Position numbers and translations under genes: made by a program. Shown one piece after another: positions 31,001 to 43,418 of a DNA stretch of 51,421 nucleotides. The stretch comes from Pirellulales bacterium. GTDB lineage: Bacteria; Planctomycetota; Planctomycetia; Pirellulales; UBA1268. Positions within the stretch are counted from its first letter, which is position 1. The number at the start of each line of letters is the position of its first letter. Location: the NCBI GenBank assembly GCA_032117045.1, contig JAUMAF010000151.1, positions 1 to 51,421 on the forward strand. Direction: 5' to 3'. The notes under the pieces are model-generated. The model did not search any database. It worked only from the letters and a program-made list of their open reading frames with translations, and was not told the DNA's origin.

Positions 31001-34000
31001 GAGGAGATGCTCCGGCGTGTCGATGGTGGCCGCGGCGCCGAAGAGATTCTCCAGCCGGGCGAGGAACCCGTTGCCAGAGAGGTCGATGCCATTGACGAAC
31101 GGCAGCCCTCCGAGGAAGTCGCCCGCCAGGGCCGTGCGGAGCAGGCCCACGAACTGGGCGGCGCCTGCGAGCCAGCTATCAAGGTTGAAGATCAGGCTCG
31201 GATCAGAGAGGACGTCGGCGAGCGTCGCGTAGGGCGTACCCGTGCCGTCGAAGGTAGGCGTGGAGAGCGAGAACGACGGCGTGGCTCCGAGCGACAGCGA
31301 CGCGGAGAGTCCTACCGCGCCGACGTAGCCAGTGGGGTCGATGTAGAGCGGCAGGTCAACCGCAAAGTCGGCCGTGGCGGTCGCCTTGCCGGAGCCGGTC
31401 ACGGTGAACGTGGCGGGGCCGTTGACCTTTGTGATGAGGTTGGTCTTCGCGTCGATCTCGAGGTCGCCGAACGCGACGGTCGCCTTCCGCCAGGTCGGTT
31501 GGGCCGCGTCGGGCGTCTTGCCGATCGAGATGCCCGCGAGGCCGCCGAGGCTCGCGCCGAGCACGAGGCCGTCGCCGTCGTCGACCTCCGCCGAGAGCGA
31601 CACGCCGGATGCATCGGCATCGAAGAACACGGCCTTTGTGTCGAGGTTGACGCCGAACCTCCCGGTGATCGTGCCGTCGAACAGGAACGAGAGCGTGCCG
31701 GCGCTCGTAACGTCGATCGGGATGCCCCCGACGTCGATGGAGGCGAGGTCGACGGCATACGCGGTATCGGCGAGCTTGATCACGACGTCGAACACGAGCC
31801 CCTTCACGCCGGCCGACAGGTCGACGAGCGAGGGGTTGAGGTCGAGGCTGAAGCCGCCGGGGAGCGAGATGCTCGGCGACCGGAAGCCACCGTCGGCTTC
31901 CGGAAGGAACAGCAACCGCAGCGTGTCGAGACCGCCGAAGTCGAGCCCTGGGAACGAGATCGTGGCGGGGTCGAGGCCTCCGAGCCACGAGAGGTCGAGC
32001 GAGAGATCGAACGCGGGGATGTCCGTCTCGGGCTTCCAGGCGAACTGCGGCAACGAGAGCAGCCGGCCGAATGCCAGGGTGAAGTCCTTGCCGCTGGTGC
32101 CGAACGAGGGCAGATCGGGAAGGAGATCGGGAAACACGATCGACGCCTCAGCGAACCATCCGCGGAGCCGCCCGAGGAGGGCCAGGTCGACGTCCGGGCT
32201 GCCGGGCGTCCAGCCCTCCCACTCGACGAGCAGATCGTCGAGGCTCCAGATGAGCCGCTGCAGCCTGCCGAAGATGTCGAGATCGGCGAGGTCGGGCAGG
32301 GCAGGATCGAAGCCATCGAGCAGGATCTCGCCGAGGCTGCCGAGGCTGAAGTCGGGCCAATCGAGGACGTCGCCCACGTATGACGGCCGGCCGAGCAGGT
32401 CGCCGAGGTCGAACGTCGGCAGGCTTCCAAACAGGTCGCCCAGGCCGAGGATGTCGCCGAGGGTCACGCCGGCCCAGGGAATCTCGAAGGTCCAGAGGCC
32501 GGAGGTCTCCAGATAACCCGCGAACAAGTCGAGCATGCCGGGCAGGTCGCCGAGCGAGAAGTCGGAGAGTCCACCGAAGATGTCGCCTAGCCGCGGGCTC
32601 GCGGTAATCGAGAACGACCAGTCGTGGTCCATCGCAGGGTTGTCGAACAGGCTCAGGTCGAGGTAGGGAACGTTCGCGCCCGGAAGCGTCGTCAGCGGGA
32701 TGCCGCTGCAGTAGCTCTGGTAGGCCGACTCGTCGGCGGCGGTGGAGGCGTCGTTCACGATGCCGAGGGTGGTCTTCCAGTCGGTCGACGGCACCTGGAG
32801 CTGAAAGACGCCGTCGAGCGTGGGCGCGGTCAGCGCGAGCTCCACGAAGTCGCTCACGCCGCCGCTTGTCTCCGAGAGATAAATCCGTCCGTCCGCAGCA
32901 GTGCCGGTGCCGGGATCGATGAGGTCCACGGTCACGCCAGCCGTGCCTTCGACCTTGCCGCATGCGACGGTGAGCGCGAGCGGGCCAAGCGCGGCACCTC
33001 CCTCGAGCGCGGCATCAAGCTTGATGAAGATCGATGCGGTGGAGTCGGCGGAGATGTAGATCCGATCCCGCGACGAGGCGGCTTCGAGCGACGAGCCGGT
33101 GAGCGTGTTGCCGGTCGTCGCCGTGACGACGAGCCCGAGCACGATTGGCGCGAGCGACGACTGGGTGGCCGTGCTCGTGCCGCCGATCGCGAGGCTGAGC
33201 GCCGGCGTGGAAATGGAAAAGGTCGCGGTCGCGGAAGCGGGCAACGTGAGATCGGTGGCCACGAGCGTGCTGCCCGAGAGCGCCAGCGACAGTCGGCCGG
33301 TCGTGAGCGGCGCCGAGTTCACGAGGTTGAGCAGATCGGCGACGGTGGCCGTACCGGCCGAGCCGACGCTGCCAAGCGCCAGCGACGAGAGGTCGACCCC
33401 GAACGACGAGCCGTCGCGGAGCGAAAACACGAGGTCCGGCCGGCTGAAGGCGTGCGTGCCGCTGCCGGTGGAGGTCGTGGCGATCGCCGCCCCCGCCGCG
33501 GTCCTCGCGAGCGTGAACCGGTGGGCGTCGAGCGTGGTGACGACATAGGGCGTGTTGGGCTGGAGCGGTGTGGGCAGCGAGCCCGTTGTGGAGAAGATCA
33601 CGACGTCGCCGGTGGCCAGGCCGTGGTGGCAGCTGGTGACCACGCCCGGCGTGGCCTTGGAGATCGTCGCCGTGGCCGACGGGGAGAGCCGCACGAAGAA
33701 GCCGTTGCCGTCGCTGGTGGCCTTGATCGCGGTGCCGCCCGCTGTGGCAGCCAGGGTAAACGTGTCGGCCGTGACGCTGCCGACGACGAAGTAGCGGGTG
33801 CCCGCCGCGAACGCCCCGGGCAGGGCGGCACCCTCCGCGGCGCCCACTTCGAGCGTCACGGCGTCGCCGACGGCGAGTCCGTGGCCGGCGAGCGTGAACG
33901 TGCTCTTCGTGGCGTCGGTCGCGGCGGTCGCGGAGCCGAGCTTCGTCAGGCCGTAGCCCACGGCGGCGTTGATCGCGGTGTGTGTCAGGCCCGCACCGCC

Positions 34001-35578
34001 GTTGAGGGCTGAGAGGAGCGTCGTCTCCTTCACTGCCGCGGCGGCCGTCGGGGCGGTCACTGCGATGCCCGCCTTGAGGCCGAGGGTGGCGGTCGCAGTG
34101 ACGGTTGCAGAGCCGCGGGCCGCGATCGAGAGCGGCAGCCCCGCCGGCACCAGGCCGCCGGCGTCGAACGAGACCGCCTGCTGTGTCAGCTCCGTCTCAC
34201 TGCCCGCGGTCTCGGAGATCGAGATCGGTAGCGTCCATTCGAGGCTGCCGACCTTCGAGTTCCACGTCGGAGCGAACGCGGCCTTGGTCGTACCCAACTC
34301 GGTGGCGAGCAGGTCGAGCATCTCGTCGAGCGTGTCGAACTTCCACTGGCCGACGTCGTCCTTGAGATTGGCCAGTTTGCCGCCGAGCCAGTCTCCCCAC
34401 ACGCCGCCGTAGAGCCCGGCGAGATCCTGGTCGATCACCGGGATCTCGAAGCCGCGGCCGACCTCCGGCATCCATCGCGAGACGTCGGCCAGGAACGTGC
34501 CGAGGTCGTCGGCCGAGATGTCGGCGAACTGCGTGAAGTCGAACGTGCCGGCGACGCTCGGAACGGTGAGAGCCGGATAATCGAGGGTGAGCGACCGCGG
34601 ATCGAGAATGTCGGCGGCGGTGATCTTGATCTGCTGGGCCGAGCCGTTTTTCTGCGTGAAGCCGTCGAGCCCAAGGGTAAACGGCACGGTGACGCTCACG
34701 CCGGGGCCCGTGGCCGTGAGCGATAGCCGCCCCTCAAAATCGGGAAGCGACAGGCCGGCGAGTTCGCCAAGGCGGACGGCCCCGGCGGTCCCCTCCTGGA
34801 GGTCGAGCGTGACGCCCGAGTCGATCGTCACGTCAAGGTCGGCGGGGCCGAGCTTCAGGAAGCCGTAGTCGGCATCGACGTCGGCGAGCGCCGACTTGCC
34901 CGTGTGGCTCGCGCGGCCGAAGGCACGAAGGTTGTCGAACTTGATCCAGAACGACTCTTCTGCGGTGAGCCCGGCGGCAAGGTCGATGCCGAGCGCGACG
35001 GTGCCCTCGATGCCCGCCGCGAGGGAGACCTTCGTCGCCCCTAGCCTCAGGCCCTGATCCGAGAGCGACGGCAGGACGTTCTCGGAGCCCGCTTCCGGCT
35101 CGCCGGGACGCTGCCCGAGATCGAGTTCATAGGACGCGAGCGTCGTGGTGCGCGACAGTGGCACGCTGAACCAGATCCGCTCATCGCTGCCCGTCAGCAC
35201 CGAGGAATGCGTGACCACCGTACCGGTCGCAGCCGACAGGATCGCGTCGATCTGGGCCGGCGTCTTCTCGCCTGACAGGCCAACGATGCGATCCACGAAG
35301 TCCGACTTCAGCCTGTCACCGATCGACACGAGCGTGCCGATCGGCTGTCCGAGCGCCGCCGCCTCCCGGCCCAGAAGGTCATGCTCGGCGACCTGATCCA
35401 GCCGATCGGCAAACAGGCCGATGCCCTGCGCGAGGGCAGCGACCTGATGGGCGTCGAGCAGGCTTGCGAGCACGAGCCGTCGCTCGAGCGATTCCCCTCG
35501 CAGCAGGCCCGCTGGACGACGCGTCGCCTGTCCTTGATGACCGGGGCGACGCCTCGGATGCGTGGGATGCCGAGCCAT
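22046..35578 (-). CDS. Giant (~4510 aa) RTX/Ca-binding extracellular adhesin-like protein with LEPRxLL-type N-terminal motif and dockerin-like C-terminus
   Basis: GGAGG RBS before ATG 35578; ESLERRLVLA; many GGxGxD nonapeptides; SdrD-B-like VYLDADADG; PATR-like KKGSGTLIL..ANSHT; GDTNLDG and GDFTYDG pair. Confidence 0.92.
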   Translation of the reverse strand: MARHPTHPRRRPGHQGQATRRPAGLLRGESLERRLVLASLLDAHQVAALAQGIGLFADRLDQVAEHDLLGREAAALGQPIGTLVSIGDRLKSDFVDRIVGLSGEKTPAQIDAILSAATGTVVTHSSVLTGSDERIWFSVPLSRTTTLASYELDLGQRPGEPEAGSENVLPSLSDQGLRLGATKVSLAAGIEGTVALGIDLAAGLTAEESFWIKFDNLRAFGRASHTGKSALADVDADYGFLKLGPADLDVTIDSGVTLDLQEGTAGAVRLGELAGLSLPDFEGRLSLTATGPGVSVTVPFTLGLDGFTQKNGSAQQIKITAADILDPRSLTLDYPALTVPSVAGTFDFTQFADISADDLGTFLADVSRWMPEVGRGFEIPVIDQDLAGLYGGVWGDWLGGKLANLKDDVGQWKFDTLDEMLDLLATELGTTKAAFAPTWNSKVGSLEWTLPISISETAGSETELTQQAVSFDAGGLVPAGLPLSIAARGSATVTATATLGLKAGIAVTAPTAAAAVKETTLLSALNGGAGLTHTAINAAVGYGLTKLGSATAATDATKSTFTLAGHGLAVGDAVTLEVGAAEGAALPGAFAAGTRYFVVGSVTADTFTLAATAGGTAIKATSDGNGFFVRLSPSATATISKATPGVVTSCHHGLATGDVVIFSTTGSLPTPLQPNTPYVVTTLDAHRFTLARTAAGAAIATTSTGSGTHAFSRPDLVFSLRDGSSFGVDLSSLALGSVGSAGTATVADLLNLVNSAPLTTGRLSLALSGSTLVATDLTLPASATATFSISTPALSLAIGGTSTATQSSLAPIVLGLVVTATTGNTLTGSSLEAASSRDRIYISADSTASIFIKLDAALEGGAALGPLALTVACGKVEGTAGVTVDLIDPGTGTAADGRIYLSETSGGVSDFVELALTAPTLDGVFQLQVPSTDWKTTLGIVNDASTAADESAYQSYCSGIPLTTLPGANVPYLDLSLFDNPAMDHDWSFSITASPRLGDIFGGLSDFSLGDLPGMLDLFAGYLETSGLWTFEIPWAGVTLGDILGLGDLFGSLPTFDLGDLLGRPSYVGDVLDWPDFSLGSLGEILLDGFDPALPDLADLDIFGRLQRLIWSLDDLLVEWEGWTPGSPDVDLALLGRLRGWFAEASIVFPDLLPDLPSFGTSGKDFTLAFGRLLSLPQFAWKPETDIPAFDLSLDLSWLGGLDPATISFPGLDFGGLDTLRLLFLPEADGGFRSPSISLPGGFSLDLNPSLVDLSAGVKGLVFDVVIKLADTAYAVDLASIDVGGIPIDVTSAGTLSFLFDGTITGRFGVNLDTKAVFFDADASGVSLSAEVDDGDGLVLGASLGGLAGISIGKTPDAAQPTWRKATVAFGDLEIDAKTNLITKVNGPATFTVTGSGKATATADFAVDLPLYIDPTGYVGAVGLSASLSLGATPSFSLSTPTFDGTGTPYATLADVLSDPSLIFNLDSWLAGAAQFVGLLRTALAGDFLGGLPFVNGIDLSGNGFLARLENLFGAAATIDTPEHLLAWLNLKFGAAAAADETAGAIAGDFSFKLNGSDFTSASSDWTKPWSDFLDSDDELVVNVVLAGETTKTLAAADVDLGMDGLGLAFVGDASLVMTTGFGVNVGLGYSLARGFFVQTGSAREITTNVALELPGAGLSMQLGPLTFALTDTFVGRELEAGLFADVAAASYGLSDLGDLFTNLTVSGDVRAELGVDLTAEIFADLAGAGLGVSMAMGFTSTAAAGGGAVAFGDLDADKFFFEITDTFIDLGGLLSGPIKEIFSTVDTFLEPIRPVLDLLTSEVPVLSDISKLAGAGAITVLDVIRATGDGDYDGAVAFIEAVADVDDVISTLGGLAESSRISLGSLKLPAGTAGSSSAATLRAKLAEGAVAPDADAFDAGTGIAASPRDATGDTAHAYNEVTAGSVSFPIFDDPVGSLVDILFGDNPTLVLWDMPDLRAGFRLEQSFPIFPPLFAKFFGGFEFATDFSLGYDTRGIRQAMAGAEVRASKVLNGVFLGDVDAGGVDKPELTFTATVGAGAELNVVVAKAGVDAGVEGVLGANLKDNNGDGKVHLDELLGNLRSGPECIFDLEGSIDAFFEASIKVGFSTPFGFVTLWKDTFELLRLELFDWEMVTCPPVTPDLFDVTAFDHDANGSTANVSTLVLNAGPRAGLVLPGETEDGDEEFEIDQVGGDIVVRGYDFEERYTAASIAAIWFDAGLGNDIVTVTSNVTIPVWGYGGPGNDRLTGGSAANTLRGDSGSVVGTAGRDKLMGRAAADILFGDDGNDILLGYGGNDTLDGGAGADQLYGDDETGDMVNVPDGFGGGASCNDTIWGGDGDDVIMAGKGIDTVYASAGDDTVDGGSGDDFLEGGSGNDKVYGRDGFDLIYGDGFDRTVGGEPVAITAFGHGVGDGSAVNVNADLIEGGTGFNFIDGGPGFDLIYAESAAVGVEAAATHGTKNVTLATHGFAPVLVATGWLPAEAARGSGLFKSVILGGDGNDTISGTAGRDYIDAGFDSDLVEFGAGDDYVLGGPGSDALVVSTNPDLGVVGGNATIFGGDGRDVIDGGAGANWIEGGPGDDEIFAREGADTVYGGTTALGYQHHLDDRTHGRAVEESIHGGFRATVAPDSCGPEIFFYPEVYPSENRSKLTAFIFEDLDADGIRDVGEPDAPADLTWGLVVTDATGQIVAMGEVPGGKVVAPVEGDFAAGRHVAWVGRFVLGGEVIESIPAGWVPSTPLISSVNLGTTPGPTPPQFGYYRMGTLSGSVKTTRDQPLGGVLVYLDADADGAYDDGEIVTRTAANGVYSFTDLRPGAYRIVIADLATCGRVTAPATAIHPVTLASGGSAAAYDFRVSLSTAPVVDGVYLGTDTQAITWKSIPDGASQLTAIMAAEHHYLAFEICTSASPLTIKEGATLTRIDVVPNESIGLTLLPADPARPTWVRYEVAKVSGGRTLIPGRYRVVLDDGSISSSSGAVLDGEWTNGVSEFPSGNGTSGTDFQFEFVIGGGAAGASLTDGVVVSGMAEQGAIIQGTVWQHDPREAGMGQSVHELGLADQYVLLSDASGVVQATVLTAPLDVNGDGRTSATELGGFRFSNLAPGTYTIQQMPVFPWRQATPGGVWQAETLYAIGFDSSDPNQANWKSVLVTIDPVTQAATRVSDFGTLEARDLASPAAGVLFITGTSRAGATGGTDRLWRYDVAAGTLLDLGPTPGVEPLVGFDALDEGTLIGVSLDGIYRYDIATATWEARGPMRTPANVPYWPVGDVAVESATKVWIVGTSPKPEGLGQIGSQELLVVDPSVLGGNTTRVRSLLPAITEPVIGLETNPQGGLFGLTNGEKLYAIQTAAGGTSSWLGTKTVTGLPNFSGGGLARMPAGVVADDTRDDFVITVTAGQAVTIGFGDVPDAVFLRDGDDFIDGGCGTDDDVLHGDDGADLPANVITEGGNDWIRGRGGDDTIVGGQQGDRLFGDEGRDRITGGDTEANWIEGGDGDDWYLHGGAAADVIFGGAGNDGNLAAGGDGLRGGGDNDLIFGGTGDDTLFGGDGGDTLVGGAGTDRVYGDAGSDTLFVIDVTSGGEYAADPAGTGADIYDGGTDGDTIVVNADVDSLLTNIVVTVSGRVSTVATVEIGLLTGGSGKNRIDASVFSGSTAIRGLGNDDILLGGTGVDRIWGGDGGDTIGGNGDNDFLYGEAGGDTLRGDAGNDHLVGGAGSNRLEGGTGADNYVFSGVFSDTVIEVAGAGSDTLDFTAVTAGLQMLVDPTNSYSISGYDSDVGAYVGASYYANTIESILFGSGNDVVSIREGSALAATIDGGTGTDTLSYAGEPYRWAAWTAGVTVDLAAGTASGLAGATAFENVYGGNGGDTLSGNAAANLLSGGAGNDILTGRGGDDSIYGGDGSDTLAGGLGDDIYYFFRSAAAQTDTVTEAAGQGSDTLDFSQVTGPGGIDAAIGGSIDVTFGTNRVTVATAAGIDMVMGTGQADVFRLADGAAFGGRLDGYANPGYDFTDFDTLDYSAWTSAVTVSYLGALDFTFLGTATGTASVRGLRHVIGGTKNDTLTAGGLPVWFEGGDGGDSLTGGVGWDRLEGNNGGDSISGGYGDDMLLGGWGSDTLAGGPGNDTYSFADLFGTDTIIEIAGEGSDTMDFALVTSALTVSLGSVTVTAPGASATHAGTAIEAVIGGSNDDTFVMTSPSVTFPGTLDGGGGANTLRYDNATPTLVAQVNAGQTPNVGLALKLGSVIAVPVYTPVELTVPALATVVDSTPRSGNDRIIKKGSGTLILTLANSHTAGTSVEVGEVVVKNVAALGSGAILVKAGARLTLDVGIEEIDMASLVVEPGAIVEIGFGRIRVAGGLVAADLVALLAAGRNGGAWDGASGIVSAAVAGAITLGDRRAIGWYDHGDGSISVGFAAPGDTNLDGQTDVLDAAGFIAGGKFNTGSTATWSTGDFTYDGVTDIRDVADFMTAGLYNAGSYLPAGLAPVASSAAIAPLSPLDAAFAVMALDQQPTPRKKNIFATI

Positions 35579-35981
35579 AGTTCCTCCCTGGACGAGGCCT
35601 GTACAAAGCCTGTGCAAGGCGGTCGCCCCCGGCGACACCCTGCGGTCTGTCATGAAACGGTGCCAGCGTGTGGCGGCCCGCCGACGCCCACGAAGCAGGC
35701 AGAATATCCGGGCGTTTACCCGGCGAGCAACCGGCGGGCAATGCCGCTGCCCGAGCCACTTTTTCGCACGTCACTCTTCGAGAAGTCTCACGTCACGCGT
35801 TTCGATGTATTTGCTGCATCGATCGGCACTTCCCCCTTGAGGAAGGCTGGCGAAGCCGGGGAGTTTCGGGATCTCCGGCAGATGCTTGCCGCTGGGCACC
35901 GCGACCGCCTGAGGCGATAGACTCGATTCCCGTTCCAGGCCAACAGCGCCGTCGGATCGTCACACTCCAGGAGTCGTTGCC

Positions 35982-36470
35982 ATGCCGTCTGCCACGCCGA
36001 CGCAGTCCCGCCGCAGGATGGCCTCCGGCATCGCTCTCGGATCCATGCTCCTCGCGATTGGACTCGTGCAGGCTCAGGATTTCGGCGACCACGCCTCCTC
36101 AACGCTCACGACCAAGGCGTGGGAGTCGCTCGCAGCCGGCAAGGACGATCTCGTCGTCGCCTACGTCGGGAAGTGTCGCGAACTCTACGAGGCCGAGGCG
36201 AAGAAACAACAGGCGAACCTCACGGAGTTCGCTCCGGCGGAGAAGGCACACGACTTCTGGGCCCTCAATGACGTCGGCACCTGCGCCTTCATCGAAGGCC
36301 AGCTGCTGGAGAAACAGGGGAAGAAGAAAGAGGCGATCGAGGCCTACCGACGGCTGGCCGATGAACTGAAGTTCTGCCAGTGCTGGGACACCAAGGGCTG
36401 GTTCTGGAAGCCCGCGGAGGCCGCGGCCGGCCGGATCAAGGAACTGGAGTTCGACCAGCAGCTCGAGTAG
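35982..36470 (+). CDS. Secreted short TPR-like protein
   Basis: Signal peptide ending VQA; helical hairpins; WALNDVGT and QCWDTKGWFWKPAEAA segments; AGGAG RBS. Confidence 0.8.
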   Translation: MPSATPTQSRRRMASGIALGSMLLAIGLVQAQDFGDHASSTLTTKAWESLAAGKDDLVVAYVGKCRELYEAEAKKQQANLTEFAPAEKAHDFWALNDVGTCAFIEGQLLEKQGKKKEAIEAYRRLADELKFCQCWDTKGWFWKPAEAAAGRIKELEFDQQLE

Positions 36471-36617
36471 GGCGAGATTCACTGGGCAGGCGCGGCGGCC
36501 CGGTGGCAGACAGCGCGACTCTTGGCAGGGCCTGTCGCAACCGGGAGACTGTCACCTTCGAGGTCGGGCGGGAGGCATTCCGTTCGCCCGCACCACGGCA
36601 CCCGGACACCCTCGCCC

Positions 36618-42154
<5,537 letters not shown>

Positions 42155-42180
42155 CGGTGCCCTCGGAGCCGATCTCCCGC

Positions 42181-43356
42181 ATGACGCTCATTCCTGCCCT
42201 TTCGCTTGCCGAGCTCGCCACCACCGCCGCCCAGGGCCTGCGAAACGCCTTCGATCGTGAGGCAACGCTCACGGCTGCAGCTCCGGGTCGCGTGAACCTG
42301 ATCGGCGAACACATCGACTACTGCGACGGCTTCGTGATGCCCTTCGCGCTCGACCGGGCGGTCGTGATCGCGGCCGCCGCCAACGACCGCGGCGAGGCGC
42401 GGATCGGCACGGCGGCAGGCGAGCCGGTCGCGATCCCGCTCGACCATCCCGCTGAGCCGGGACTGCCGACGTGGGCCAACTACGTGCGGGGCGTGATTCG
42501 GGGATTCCAGGACCGGAGTCTCGCGATCCCGGGCTTCGATGCCTGGATCGTGTCATCGGTGCCGACGGGCGCGGGCCTCTCCTCGTCGGCCGCGCTCGAA
42601 TGCGCCACCGCCACGCTCCTCGAAGGCCTCGTCGGCACGCGACTCGGCCTGCGGGAGAAGGCCCTCCTCTGCCAGAAGGCCGAGCATGACTTCGCGGGTG
42701 TGCCCTGCGGCATCATGGATCAGTTCGCCTCGACGTTCGGCGAGGCCGACCGGCTCGTGCTCATCGACTGCCGCTCGGGGAAGCCGGCGCTTGTGCCGTT
42801 TTCCAATCCCGATCTGACGGTCGTGATCGCCAACACCAACGTCCACCACGAACTCACCGACGGCGGCTACGCCTCCCGACGGCGAGATACCGAAGCGGGG
42901 CTGAAGATCATCGGCAAGGCATCGTGGCGCGAGGTCACGATGAACGACGTCGAGGCCGCCTGGGATCGCCTGGGCGACCCGGTCAATCGCCGCTGCCGTC
43001 ACGTGATTGGCGAGATCGCCCGCACGATGGCCGCGGCTCGGGCGCTCGAGGCGAATGAGATCGAGTCGCTCGGACCGCTCATGGCCGCCAGCCACGACTC
43101 ACTTCGCGACGATTTCGAGGTCTCATGCCGGGAGCTCGACACGATGGTGGAGATTGCCCGCCGGATCGGTCGCGCAGGCGGCGTGATCGGTGCCCGGATG
43201 ACCGGCGGCGGCTTCGGCGGTTCGACCGTCACCCTCTGCGACAGCGGCCGGGCCGAGGAGATCGCCACCCGCCTGCACCGCGACTATCTCGCGGCCACCT
43301 CCATCACGCCGGAAATCTTCGCCTCCCGCCCCTCCGCCGGCGGCCGGCTCCTCTGA
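42181..43356 (+). CDS. galK: Galactokinase
   Basis: APGRVNLIGEHIDY, PTGAGLSSSAA, CGIMDQ, GARMTGGGFGG. Confidence 0.95.
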   Translation: MTLIPALSLAELATTAAQGLRNAFDREATLTAAAPGRVNLIGEHIDYCDGFVMPFALDRAVVIAAAANDRGEARIGTAAGEPVAIPLDHPAEPGLPTWANYVRGVIRGFQDRSLAIPGFDAWIVSSVPTGAGLSSSAALECATATLLEGLVGTRLGLREKALLCQKAEHDFAGVPCGIMDQFASTFGEADRLVLIDCRSGKPALVPFSNPDLTVVIANTNVHHELTDGGYASRRRDTEAGLKIIGKASWREVTMNDVEAAWDRLGDPVNRRCRHVIGEIARTMAAARALEANEIESLGPLMAASHDSLRDDFEVSCRELDTMVEIARRIGRAGGVIGARMTGGGFGGSTVTLCDSGRAEEIATRLHRDYLAATSITPEIFASRPSAGGRLL

Positions 43357-43381
43357 GACAGCAGATGCGTGTCAGGTGAAA

Positions 43382-43413
43382 GCCGTCAGGCCGCGGGCCG
43401 CCCAGGCCGACCG
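43382..43413 (-). repeat. Inverted copy of the short REP-like repeat between convergent genes
   Basis: Reverse complement cggtcggcctg...gcccgcggcctgacggc; the latter matches 17593-17609 at 16/17. Confidence 0.55.
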
Positions 43414-43418
43414 TCGCG

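Noticed and set aside
24476-34012. Long + strand ORFs (689, 920, 458, 462 aa and others) opposite the giant gene
   Set aside because: Antisense shadows of GC3-biased coding sequence; Arg/Val/Ala-rich with no motifs. The same applies to long antisense ORFs elsewhere (e.g. 9101-10978, 38558-40900, 44900-46819).
43351-43361. ctctgagacag after galK matching part of the 80-bp repeat
   Set aside because: Only 11 bp around a Leu-TGA stop; similarity does not extend.
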